NCBI GenBank assembly: GCA_036507075.1
Contig: DASXQR010000116.1
Location: 1 to 35,255, forward strand
DNA: 35,255 bases
From: Acidobacteriota bacterium
GTDB lineage: Bacteria > Acidobacteriota > UBA6911 > JACQSX01
Direction: 5' to 3'
Made by a program: the position numbers and the translations under genes. Of this stretch, positions 15,911-27,597 are shown piece after piece (position 1 is the stretch's first letter; each line of letters starts with the position of its first letter). The notes under the pieces were generated by a model. The model ran no database searches, was not told the origin of the DNA, and worked only from the letters and a program-made list of their open reading frames with translations.

Positions 15911-16678
15911 ATGTCACCCGCGAAGAAAAAGCCAACCAAAAAGGCATCGAATCGCAGAGCAGCCCCGAAACCGGCCCGTTCCCGCCCACCCGCAGGCAAG
16001 GCAAAGAAATCAACCTCAAAGAGCAAACCATCCGCAAAGCGCAGACCCTTGATGACGGTTACCAAAAAAATCGTCGGCGGAAGGAAAGCAGCGAGGACGG
16101 AGAAGGTCAAGGTATCGGGCGCAGCTCCGGCCTCCAAGGCTGCGGTCGCTGCTCCTCCCAAGACGGCCGTGAAACCTCAGAAAAAGGACGACAGACTATT
16201 GCTGGACCTCTACGAACGCGGAATAAAAGCACTCTATAATAAAGATTATCAGCAGGCCCTGGAATTGTTTGAGAAACTGGTGGAAGATTTTCGAGAGGAA
16301 ATCGAACTCACCGATCGGGCACGGAATTTCATCAAGATCTGCCAGGCTCAGGGAGCTGTAAAACGTGTGCAGGCACCCAAAACGGTCGAGGAAATGTTCG
16401 ATTTGGGCGTAATGGAGCACAATAGCGGCAACTATCAGAAGGCTATCGAACACTTCAAGGCCGCAATTGAGCAAAACCCGAAGGCCGACTACATCCACTA
16501 TGCTTTGGGGGCTTCTTTTGCTCAAAGCGGCGATGTCGATCGCGCCATCCACAGCCTGCAGAAATCGATCCAGCTCAATTCGGACAACAAGTTCCTGGCA
16601 CGCAATGATCCGGATTTCGAATCCATCCGCAGCACCAAGGAATTCGGCGCGATCGTGGAAATACCGAGATCGGAATGA
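15911..16678 (+). CDS. TPR protein with Lys/Ala/Pro-rich N-terminal tail (ATG 15911 preferred)
   Basis: Basic low-complexity first ~90 aa; TPR helices (YQKAIEHFKAAIEQNP, IHYALGA); C-terminal ARNDPDFESIR. Confidence 0.8.
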   Translation: MSPAKKKPTKKASNRRAAPKPARSRPPAGKAKKSTSKSKPSAKRRPLMTVTKKIVGGRKAARTEKVKVSGAAPASKAAVAAPPKTAVKPQKKDDRLLLDLYERGIKALYNKDYQQALELFEKLVEDFREEIELTDRARNFIKICQAQGAVKRVQAPKTVEEMFDLGVMEHNSGNYQKAIEHFKAAIEQNPKADYIHYALGASFAQSGDVDRAIHSLQKSIQLNSDNKFLARNDPDFESIRSTKEFGAIVEIPRSE

Positions 16679-17724
16679 ACCAGGCTTTGGACCACAGGCC
16701 GCTCAATATCGTCTGTATCGGCGGCGGAACCGGCCTGTCATGCCTCTTATCCGGAATGAAGCGGCTCATTCTGGACGGCCCCATTTGTTCCATCGATCGC
16801 TCTTTTCACATCAAAAACCTCTCGGCCGTTGTCACTGTCTCCGACGACGGCGGAAGCTCCGGCCGGATCAGGGAAGAGCTCAACGTTTTACCTCCCGGGG
16901 ATGTCAGGAATTGCCTGGTGGCGCTGGCCAACGACGAATTGCTCATGACCGAGCTGTTTCGCTACCGGTTTACCAGTACTGGAGACCTGCGCGACCACAG
17001 TTTCGGCAATCTTTTTCTTGCGGCGCTGACTGGAATTACCGGAGACTTTGCGCATGCCGTGCGGTTGGCCAGCGATGTACTGGCAATTCATGGCCGCGTT
17101 TATCCTTCCACAACTGAAAACGTCTATCTCGTTGCGGAACTGGCCGACGGCTCGGTGCGGCACGGAGAAACGCAAATCTCAAGCTCCAGCCGGCCGATTC
17201 GCCGGCTCCAGTTGGAGCCGGCTGTCTGCCACCCGGTGGAAGGAACGCTGGAAGCCATCCGCGAAGCCGACATCATTACTCTCGGGCCGGGCTCTCTCTA
17301 TACCAGTGTCATTTGCAATCTCCTCGTGACACAGGTGAGCGATGCGATCACACGCTCGCATGCCAGGAAAATCTACATCTGCAACATCATGACCCAGCCG
17401 GGTGAAACATCTCACTTCACAGCCTCGCAGCACATTCGCGCAATCATGGAACATGCGCCCGGGTTGCATTTTGATGCGGTGCTGCTTAACGACGCACCGG
17501 TTTCTGCTACACTGCTGGACAGATACCGCGCTGAGCAATCCGAACCGGTGAGAACAGACCTGGAGGAGCTGAAGCAGCTCGGGATTCGATCTTTTTCCCG
17601 GCCGCTGATTTGCGAATCCGACACGGTGCGCCACAAGGCGGAACTGTTGGCGCGCGTGATCTTCGACATCTATGACATCCTCAGTTCCGAACAGCACGAG
17701 TCCTTCTTCAGCCAGGCCCGCTAG
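16675..17724 (+). CDS. yvcK: YvcK/GlmR (UPF0052, CofD-like) family protein
   Basis: IGGGTGL, VTVSDDGGSSG, PPGDVRNCL, HSFGNLFL, LGPGSLYTSV, NIMTQPGET. Confidence 0.92.
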   Translation: MNQALDHRPLNIVCIGGGTGLSCLLSGMKRLILDGPICSIDRSFHIKNLSAVVTVSDDGGSSGRIREELNVLPPGDVRNCLVALANDELLMTELFRYRFTSTGDLRDHSFGNLFLAALTGITGDFAHAVRLASDVLAIHGRVYPSTTENVYLVAELADGSVRHGETQISSSSRPIRRLQLEPAVCHPVEGTLEAIREADIITLGPGSLYTSVICNLLVTQVSDAITRSHARKIYICNIMTQPGETSHFTASQHIRAIMEHAPGLHFDAVLLNDAPVSATLLDRYRAEQSEPVRTDLEELKQLGIRSFSRPLICESDTVRHKAELLARVIFDIYDILSSEQHESFFSQAR

Positions 17725-19111
17725 CCCCCTCTGTATCGTGATCCTTGCGGCGGGCAAAGGCACGCGCATGAAATCCCGCAACGCCAAAGTGCTGCAGCCG
17801 CTTTGCGGCCGCGAGATGATTCATTATCCGGTCGAGACAGCTCTTGCGCTGGCCCCGCGCAAAACCATTGTGGTGGTGGGCCATGATGCCGAAAAGGTGC
17901 GCGAAAGCCTGAAGGGTTATCCGCTGGAATTTGTGCTGCAGCCTGAGCAAAAAGGCACCGGCCACGCCGTGATGCAGGCGCTTCCGGTTCTCACAGACTT
18001 CAGGGGAAGCGTGGTGGTGTATTACGGAGACGCGCCGTTGCTCGGACCCCAGGACGTTCAAAGTCTGATATCCGAGCGCGAGAGGACCGGTGCTGCTCTG
18101 GCTTTCTTGACGGCTAACCTGGAGCGCCCCGCCGGGTACGGCAGGATTATCCGCAAGGACTCCCGGATCCAGAGAATCGTGGAAGAGAAAGACGCGACCC
18201 CGGAAGAAAAGAAGATCACTGAAGTAAATCCGGGAATCTACTGTTTTGAAGCAGAAGCGCTTCGCGCGGCGCTTGCACAGTTGGGCAATAAGAACCTCCA
18301 GGGGGAGTATTACCTCACCGACACCATGGAAATCCTTCTGCGGATGGGCAGGAAAGTCGTACCGGTGTTGTCCGATCAGTCCGAGAATCTGCTCGGTGTG
18401 AACACGCGCGCAGAGCTTGCCGGTACGGCCGTCAAGATATGGCTCCGCCGGGCCGACGCATTAATGGCGCAGGGAGTAACCATCCACCGGCCAGACAGTG
18501 TTTGCATTTCGCATGAAGCCGAAGTGGGAACGGATGCCGTCCTTTACCCGAACGTAATTCTGGAGGGTAAGACGTTAATTGGAGAAAGGGCGGTAGTTCA
18601 TTCAAACAGCCGGATTGTAAACAGCCGCATCGGACCCGACGCGGAGATCCTTGACTGCTGTTTGATCACGGATAGCGCGGTGGGAGCCGGTACCACAGTG
18701 GGCCCATTCGCCCACCTTCGTCCGGGGGCGGAGATCGGCGAGCATTGCCGCATCGGGAATTTCGTCGAAGTGAAGAACAGCAGAGTGGGGGACCAGAGCA
18801 AAGCCGCCCACCTGACCTACCTCGGCGATGCTCAGGTCGGAAGAAATGTGAATATTGGCGCCGGCACCATCACCTGCAATTACGACGGATTCACCAAAAG
18901 TCCTACCCACATCGGGGATGGAGCATTTATCGGCAGCGATTCGCAATTGATCGCGCCGGTCAAGATCGGAGAGCGAGCGTATATAGCTGCGGGATCTTCC
19001 ATCACGGAAGACGTTCCCCCCGAAGCGCTCGGCATTGCACGCGCGCGTCAGATGAACAAGGAAGGTTGGGTTAGGAGGAGGGGCGGAAAGAAGGGGAAGG
19101 AAGGGGAATGA
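17672..19111 (+). CDS. glmU: Bifunctional UDP-GlcNAc pyrophosphorylase/GlcN-1-P acetyltransferase
   Basis: LAAGKGTRMKS, GTGHAV, GEYYLTD, GNFVEVK, HLTYLGDA, TCNYDG, hexapeptide repeats; overlaps yvcK by 53 nt. Confidence 0.96.
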   Translation: MTSSVPNSTSPSSARPASPLCIVILAAGKGTRMKSRNAKVLQPLCGREMIHYPVETALALAPRKTIVVVGHDAEKVRESLKGYPLEFVLQPEQKGTGHAVMQALPVLTDFRGSVVVYYGDAPLLGPQDVQSLISERERTGAALAFLTANLERPAGYGRIIRKDSRIQRIVEEKDATPEEKKITEVNPGIYCFEAEALRAALAQLGNKNLQGEYYLTDTMEILLRMGRKVVPVLSDQSENLLGVNTRAELAGTAVKIWLRRADALMAQGVTIHRPDSVCISHEAEVGTDAVLYPNVILEGKTLIGERAVVHSNSRIVNSRIGPDAEILDCCLITDSAVGAGTTVGPFAHLRPGAEIGEHCRIGNFVEVKNSRVGDQSKAAHLTYLGDAQVGRNVNIGAGTITCNYDGFTKSPTHIGDGAFIGSDSQLIAPVKIGERAYIAAGSSITEDVPPEALGIARARQMNKEGWVRRRGGKKGKEGE

Positions 19112-19140
19112 AGGGGGAGGAAGGGGGAGGAAGGGGAAAG
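19091..19140 (+). repeat. Five tandem purine-rich 10-mers spanning the glmU stop
   Basis: AAGGGGAAGG AAGGGGAATG AAGGGGGAGG AAGGGGGAGG AAGGGGAAAG. Confidence 0.9.
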
Positions 19141-19203
19141 CGCTTGCGCGCGCGGTTCGGTGGTCATCGAGGGTCCGCTTGCTTACGCGCGCGGTTCGGT
19201 TTT
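19141..19203. repeat. Two direct REP-like copies between convergent glmU and carB
   Basis: CGCTTGCGCGCGCGGTTCGGT and CCGCTTGCTTACGCGCGCGGTTCGGT. Confidence 0.65.
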
Positions 19204-19209
19204 GGGCGA

Positions 19210-22433
<3,224 letters not shown>

Positions 22434-22437
<4 letters not shown>

Positions 22438-23534
22438 CGCTCCTTGTGCTCGTTCATCAAACTGATGAAGTCATCGAACAGGTAAAGCGAGTCGTGCGGC
22501 CCGGGCGAGGCTTCCGGATGGTACTGAACAGAGAAAAGTGGAAGATGGCGATGCCGGAAACCCTCCAGCGTCTGGTCGTTCAGATTCATGTGAGTTATCT
22601 GGATCTCGCGGTCCGGCAGCGAGTCCGGATCGACTGCAAAACCGTGGTTGTGGGCGGTGATCTCCACTTTTTTCTGGATCAGGTTCTTGACGGGCTGGTT
22701 CCCACCGCGGTGGCCGAACTTCAGCTTGTAAGTCCTGCCGCCGAGGGCGAGTCCAAGCAACTGGTGACCGAGGCAGATTCCGAAAACAGGCACTCGCCCC
22801 ACCAGGCCGCGGATGTTGTCGACGGCGTAATCCAGAGGTTCGGGATCTCCGGGTCCGTTGGATAGAAAAACACCGTCGGGCTTCATTGCCAGGGCGTCTC
22901 GCGCGCTGGTGCGGGCGGGAACCACAGTCACTTCGCACCCATGCCCGGCCAGCAGCCGCAGGATGTTGTGCTTGATGCCGTAATCATAGGCAACCACTTT
23001 ATGGCGCGCGTTCTTTGGACCGGGCCAGGCGTAAGCCGCCTGGCAGGAGACATCGCTGGCCAGATCACAACCTACCATCGGCTTTACTTGAAGCGCGCGA
23101 TCCACGGCCTGCTCCGGCGTGAGCGCTCGACCCGACGAAACAAAGCCCCTCTGGGCACCCGTTTCGCGGATATGACGCACCAGCCGGCGTGTATCAATTC
23201 CTGCAATTCCCGGAATGCAGTGTCTATCCAGGTAACTGTCCAGTGATTCGGAAGCGCGCCACGAGCTGTAAATTGCGCTGTTCTCCTTAACCACGAAGGC
23301 GCACACGTGCGGTCGCTCCGACTCAAGGTCTTCCCCATTGGTGCCGTAGTTCCCTATAAGCGGGTAGGTCATCACGACAATCTGTCCGGCGTAGGAGGGA
23401 TCGGTGAGCACCTCCTGGTAGCCGGTCATAGAGGTGTTAAACACGACTTCCCCGCCGGCTTCGCCCTTGTAACCGAAGGCACTGCCGCTGAACGTAGTCC
23501 CGTCTTCCAGCGCGAGAATCGATTGCATGGTCAT
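22434..23534 (-). CDS. carA: Carbamoyl-phosphate synthase small subunit (start 23534 or 23528)
   Basis: [33 protein letters not shown]. Confidence 0.98.
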
Positions 23535-23583
23535 TAGATTACGAATGGAAGGTTAACTGAGCGTCCGGCACCCAGTTGTCACG

Positions 23584-23648
23584 GCCTGGTTTGGTGTCTT
23601 GGTGGTTCACTGTTTTTTGAACCACCAAGACACCAAGCCCGCGAACTT
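23584..23648. repeat. 9-mer-family hairpin element, copy A
   Basis: Perfect 19-bp stem TTGGTGTCTTGGTGGTTCA/TGAACCACCAAGACACCAA. Confidence 0.9.
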
Positions 23649-23659
23649 TGGTTTTCCAC

Positions 23660-24256
23660 TCACCTTAAGGTACCGAACCGGGAGACCGGCCAGTATCGAA
23701 AGATCGCTTTGCCAAAAATGTTGGTCTCCGGCACCAGACCCCAGTTCCGGCTATCGTTGCTGGAACTGCGGTGATCACCCAGCACGTAAAATTGTCCCGG
23801 CTGCACCACGACTGCAGGATACGACTCGTAATCAAAGTATTCCGGCAGAACGTAGGGCTCCTTCAGCGGCTGCCCGTTTCTAAATACCTGGCCGCGGGCA
23901 ATCACGATCCGATCGCCGGGAACCCCGATCACGCGCTTGATAAATGATTTTGACATGTCGCGCGGATACCAGAATACGACGATGTCCCCGCGGTGAATCT
24001 GGCTGAACCGGTAAACAAACTTATTTACAAAAACTCGCTCCTGGTCGACCAGGTTGGGCTGCATGCTGGTGCCTTCGACTTTCACCGGCTGCACCACGAA
24101 AACGATGATGAGAATTGCCGTGACTGCCGCAAAAAAGATGTCCCGCGCCCAGCCTTTCATTTCCGTCAGCAGCGTGACAGAGTCTTCAGGAGCGAGGTCC
24201 AACGGACCGGAGTCAATTTCAGCGGGATTTAAGGTGTTTTCCTTCTGTTCTTCCAA
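23660..24256 (-). CDS. lepB: Signal peptidase I
   Basis: One TM, VEGTSMQP (Ser), FIKRVIG (Lys), GDHRSSSNDSR. Confidence 0.95.
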   Translation of the reverse strand: MEEQKENTLNPAEIDSGPLDLAPEDSVTLLTEMKGWARDIFFAAVTAILIIVFVVQPVKVEGTSMQPNLVDQERVFVNKFVYRFSQIHRGDIVVFWYPRDMSKSFIKRVIGVPGDRIVIARGQVFRNGQPLKEPYVLPEYFDYESYPAVVVQPGQFYVLGDHRSSSNDSRNWGLVPETNIFGKAIFRYWPVSRFGTLR

Positions 24257-24318
24257 GGCAAAAGTTCGTCGTTAGCGGAAAAAGTATACCATATTTGCAA
24301 GCTCCGGCTGGTTTGTTT

Positions 24319-24343
24319 GCCACAAAGCCACAAAGACACAGAG
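24319..24343. repeat. Solo left arm of a 9-mer element
   Basis: GCCACAAAGCCACAAAGACACAGAG. Confidence 0.7.
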
Positions 24344-24358
24344 GGCCGGTCCCGCTTG

Positions 24359-24493
24359 TTACTTGAGCTTGAAAAAGGCCGCCGGATCGCTGATCTTCGG
24401 CAAACGGAAGGCCTGCATATAGACCAGTGTGATGATCAGCAGCAGACCGATATAAAGCGCCAGCCAGAACCATTTGCGCATATTTGTTGTCAT
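24359..24493 (-). CDS. Small single-pass membrane protein (40-44 aa)
   Basis: MTTNMRKWFWLALYIGLLLIITLVYMQAFRLPKISDPAAFFKLK; co-oriented with neighbours; the longer ORF call runs through repeats. Confidence 0.5.
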   Translation of the reverse strand: MTTNMRKWFWLALYIGLLLIITLVYMQAFRLPKISDPAAFFKLK

Positions 24494-24509
24494 CGGTCGT
24501 GTCGCATGG

Positions 24510-24574
24510 AAGTTCAGGGGCTTGGTGCCTTGGTGGTAGAAAAAAAATTGAACCACCAAGGCACCAAGCCAGGC
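24510..24574. repeat. 9-mer-family hairpin element, copy B (inverted relative to copy A)
   Basis: Perfect 19-bp stem GGCTTGGTGCCTTGGTGGT/ACCACCAAGGCACCAAGCC; flanks match copy A in reverse complement. Confidence 0.9.
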
Positions 24575-24606
24575 TTTACTAATTGTGCCGCTAATCCGCA
24601 AGCCAG

Positions 24607-24634
24607 ATGACCGATGACCATTGACCAATGACCG
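24607..24634. repeat. Four ATGACCR-type heptamers next to the LeuA-family stop
   Basis: ATGACCG ATGACCA TTGACCA ATGACCG. Confidence 0.75.
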
Positions 24635-24635
24635 C

Positions 24636-25862
24636 TCAGACCCTGGGATCGGAAGCTGCCTTGAGAATCTCTTCTTCGGTAAGCACTCGATTGGAATTTT
24701 TTGCGGCTGTGAAGATCCGGTCCACGCGCGATTCTTCAGGCTCGATTCCGTGGGCCTTCAGCCAGTAAACCACATTTGACTTGCCGCTCATCGGACCGAT
24801 TTCAATCAACTGGCTCATGCCGAAAAGATGGGAGGGAACACCCGAGTAGACCACGTTTGCCAGTTCCACGTCGCCCTTGCTGAGGGCCTTGACGACAGCG
24901 GCTGCGTGCACACCCGTGGCGGTGCGAAAGGCATCCACCCCAAACACCGGATAGTTGTTCGGAATAGGGATGCCGGTGGCTTCCGACACGGCAAGGCAGT
25001 AATCGCGCAGCTTGGACAAGTCACGAGTGATCCATCCCATCAGCTTCAGATTAACCAGCAGCAGATCCAGGGGTGTATTGCCCACTCTTTCGCCGATTCC
25101 CAGCGCGGTGCCATGCAACTGATCCGCTCCCGCTTCGGCGGCGGCAAGGCTGTTGATCACCGACAGACCGCGATCACTGTGACCATGCCAGTCCAGCCGG
25201 ATTTTCTCGCCGGTGGGCTCGATGATTTCCTTTCGCACAAAACGGATCAAAGCGCGCACGCCCTCCGGCGTTGCATGTCCCACTGTGTCGCACGCCACCA
25301 GGGCCCGCGCGCCGCAACGCAGCGCAGCGCCGTAGAGGGCTTTAATAGTTGTGGGATGCGAGCGGACGGTATCTTCGGTGACAAACATGACCGGAAGGTT
25401 GTTCTTAACGGCGTAGGTCACCGCCTCCTCGCAGGCCCGCAACATCCGGTCCAGCGTCCAGTCCTCGGCATACTGGCGGATTGGACTGCTGCCTATAAAC
25501 GTGGCCGCCTCGATGGCAATTCCCACCTCCTGGGAGATCCGTACAATGGGCTCAATATCGGCGATCACCGTCCGGGCGGCGCAATTGGGACGGATTGCCA
25601 TTCGTTGCGAGGCGATTTCCCGGGCGAGTTGCCTGGCGTGCTCGGTGGCGCGCGGGCCCGCGCCCGGCAGTCCAATGTCGGCGGACTCGATTCCCAGGTC
25701 CTCCATCAAGTGCAGGATGCGGATTTTTTCCCCGATATCAGGGTCCCTCACCGAAGGAGATTGAAGCCCGTCGCGGAGAGTTTCATCGTCAAAACTGATC
25801 AGCCGCGCAGGCGCAGGCGCTTCTGCCTGATTCCAGTCGTGGATCAGCGGGTTGGAGAGCAC
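24636..25862 (-). CDS. LeuA-family DRE-TIM metallolyase (2-isopropylmalate/homocitrate synthase-like), short form
   Basis: DETLRDGLQ, DTVG, HGHSDRG, GIGERVGN, GVHAAA, GPMSGKSN; 408 aa with no regulatory domain. Confidence 0.85.
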   Translation of the reverse strand: MLSNPLIHDWNQAEAPAPARLISFDDETLRDGLQSPSVRDPDIGEKIRILHLMEDLGIESADIGLPGAGPRATEHARQLAREIASQRMAIRPNCAARTVIADIEPIVRISQEVGIAIEAATFIGSSPIRQYAEDWTLDRMLRACEEAVTYAVKNNLPVMFVTEDTVRSHPTTIKALYGAALRCGARALVACDTVGHATPEGVRALIRFVRKEIIEPTGEKIRLDWHGHSDRGLSVINSLAAAEAGADQLHGTALGIGERVGNTPLDLLLVNLKLMGWITRDLSKLRDYCLAVSEATGIPIPNNYPVFGVDAFRTATGVHAAAVVKALSKGDVELANVVYSGVPSHLFGMSQLIEIGPMSGKSNVVYWLKAHGIEPEESRVDRIFTAAKNSNRVLTEEEILKAASDPRV

Positions 25863-25868
25863 GAAAAT

Positions 25869-25874
25869 ATTATA
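25869..25874 (-). promoter_or_regulatory. -10 box TATAAT 6 nt upstream of the GTG start (leaderless)
   Basis: Minus strand CCC-TATAAT-ATTTTC-GTG; no Shine-Dalgarno. Confidence 0.55.
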
Positions 25875-25915
25875 GGGCAGGGGAAGGCTTAGCGGTTCTT
25901 TGACATCTGTGCCGG

Positions 25916-26032
25916 CGGTTACGGGTTACGGGTACCGGTTACCGGGTTCCGGGTTGCGAGTTCCCATTTCTCTGGTTGCGCAGTCCGCGTCCAAAACGCG
26001 CAACTCGAAAACCCGCAACCCGCAAACCAACG
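25916..26032. repeat. Heptamer (GGTTACG/GGTTGCG) inverted tandem-repeat element
   Basis: GGTTACGGGTTACGG...GGGTTGCGAGTT ... AACTCGAAAACCCGCAACCCGCAAACC; next to the frr stop; same family as 5960. Confidence 0.85.
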
Positions 26033-26033
26033 C

Positions 26034-26591
26034 TCAAACCTGCATGATCTCTTTCTCTTTTGCCTGGACGAGAGAATCGATCTGCTTGATGTATTTATCG
26101 GTCAGTTCCTGTACATCTTCCAGTCCGTTTTTCTCGTCGTCTTCGGAGATTTTCTTATCCTTGAATAGCTTTTTCAGACGTTCGTTGGAATCGCGGCGGA
26201 TTTGCCGGACCGCTGTACGGTGATCTTCGGCAACCTTACCCACATGCTTGCACAGTGACGCGCGGCGCTCTTCATTGAGAGGCGGAATAGGAACGCGAAT
26301 GATCTTGCCATCGGAGACCGGATTAATGCCCAGATCCGACACTCGCAGCGCCTTTTCAATGGCGCCCAGAATCGAGCTGTCCCACGGTTGCACGGTAATC
26401 ATGGTGGCTTCGGGAACATGCAGAGTGGCAACCTGGTTTATGGGAGTCTGCGTCCCGTAATAGTCGACGCTTATATGATCCAGGAGGTGAACGGAAGCGC
26501 GGCCGGTGCGCACGGATCCAAGATTATCGACTAGATCCTTAACCGTCTTCTCCATCCTGCTGCGCGTCTCATCCAGAATTGGCTTTACCAT
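26034..26591 (-). CDS. frr: Ribosome recycling factor
   Basis: RTGRAS, DYYG, IPPLNEERR, VRQIRRD, KEKEIM. Confidence 0.97.
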   Translation of the reverse strand: MVKPILDETRSRMEKTVKDLVDNLGSVRTGRASVHLLDHISVDYYGTQTPINQVATLHVPEATMITVQPWDSSILGAIEKALRVSDLGINPVSDGKIIRVPIPPLNEERRASLCKHVGKVAEDHRTAVRQIRRDSNERLKKLFKDKKISEDDEKNGLEDVQELTDKYIKQIDSLVQAKEKEIMQV

Positions 26592-26607
26592 GGGTTTAAC
26601 TCAATAC

Positions 26608-26816
26608 GAAAAGCGGAAGGCGGAAAGCGGAAGGCGGAAAGCGGAAAGCGGAAGGTGGAAGGTGGAATCTAGAATTCTGACGCGGTGATTTGTTTTGCGT
26701 TGCTGCTGTCTTTGGCATTCCGCCTTCTGCCTTCCGCCTTCCGCCCCCTGCCTCCCGCCTCCTGCCTTCCGCCCTCTGCCTCCTGCCTTCCGCCTCCTGC
26801 CTCCTGCCTCCTGTCC
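26608..26816. repeat. Heptamer (GGAAGGC/GCCTTCC) inverted tandem-repeat element between pyrH and frr
   Basis: Purine arm 26608-26668, spacer of about 48 nt, pyrimidine arm 26717-26816. Confidence 0.95.
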
Positions 26817-26820
26817 TTAA

Positions 26821-27594
26821 CTAGGCGCGGATAAAAGAGCCTACCTTTTCTCCCATAATCGCCCTGCGAATGTTTCCGCGCTCTTTCAAATTGAAGACAA
26901 TGATTGGCAGTTGGTGATCCATGCAAAGTGATATGGCAGTTGCATCCATCACCTTCAGACCCCTCTCCAGCACCTGAAGGTAAGTCAGCTCGTTGAAGAA
27001 TTGAGCATTCTTATTGGTAATCGGGTCGGAGTCATACACTCCGTCGACTTTGGTTGCTTTCAGGATCACTTGGGCGCGAATTTCCATGGCTCGCAGGGCT
27101 GCCGCCGTATCGGTGGAGAAATAAGGGTTCCCGGTGCCGGCGGCGAAAATGACGATGCGTCGCTTCTCGAGGTGGCGAATGGCGCGCCTGCGAATGAACG
27201 GTTCGGCGACCGCCGCCATGCTGATCGCTGAAAGAACACGAGTATAGACGCCTCGATTCTCCAGTGCGTTTTGCAGCGCCAGGGCGTTAATCACGGTGGC
27301 CAGCATTCCCATGTAATCGCCCGACACGCGATCCAACCCTTCGGCGCTTACGGCGACCCCGCGAATAATGTTCCCGCCGCCCATCACGATTGCCACTTCC
27401 ACGCCCAGGTTGTGAATATCGATAATCTGGTCGGCGATGTCATCCATTACCAGGGGATCCACGCCAAACCCCCGGTCCCCGATGAGGGCTTCGCCGCTGA
27501 GCTTGACCAGAACCCGGGTAAAGACAGGTTTATCGCCCTTGCGCACTTCACTCACTTCGGTCAGCTCCGCCGACAACGTTCTGTCGGAACTCAT
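26821..27594 (-). CDS. pyrH: UMP kinase
   Basis: [39 protein letters not shown]. Confidence 0.97.
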   Translation of the reverse strand: MSSDRTLSAELTEVSEVRKGDKPVFTRVLVKLSGEALIGDRGFGVDPLVMDDIADQIIDIHNLGVEVAIVMGGGNIIRGVAVSAEGLDRVSGDYMGMLATVINALALQNALENRGVYTRVLSAISMAAVAEPFIRRRAIRHLEKRRIVIFAAGTGNPYFSTDTAAALRAMEIRAQVILKATKVDGVYDSDPITNKNAQFFNELTYLQVLERGLKVMDATAISLCMDHQLPIIVFNLKERGNIRRAIMGEKVGSFIRA

Positions 27595-27597
27595 CTC

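Noticed and set aside
23535..23660. PyrR-type attenuator upstream of carA
   Set aside because: No AGUCCNGUGAGGCU-like motif; the hairpin there belongs to the 9-mer repeat family.
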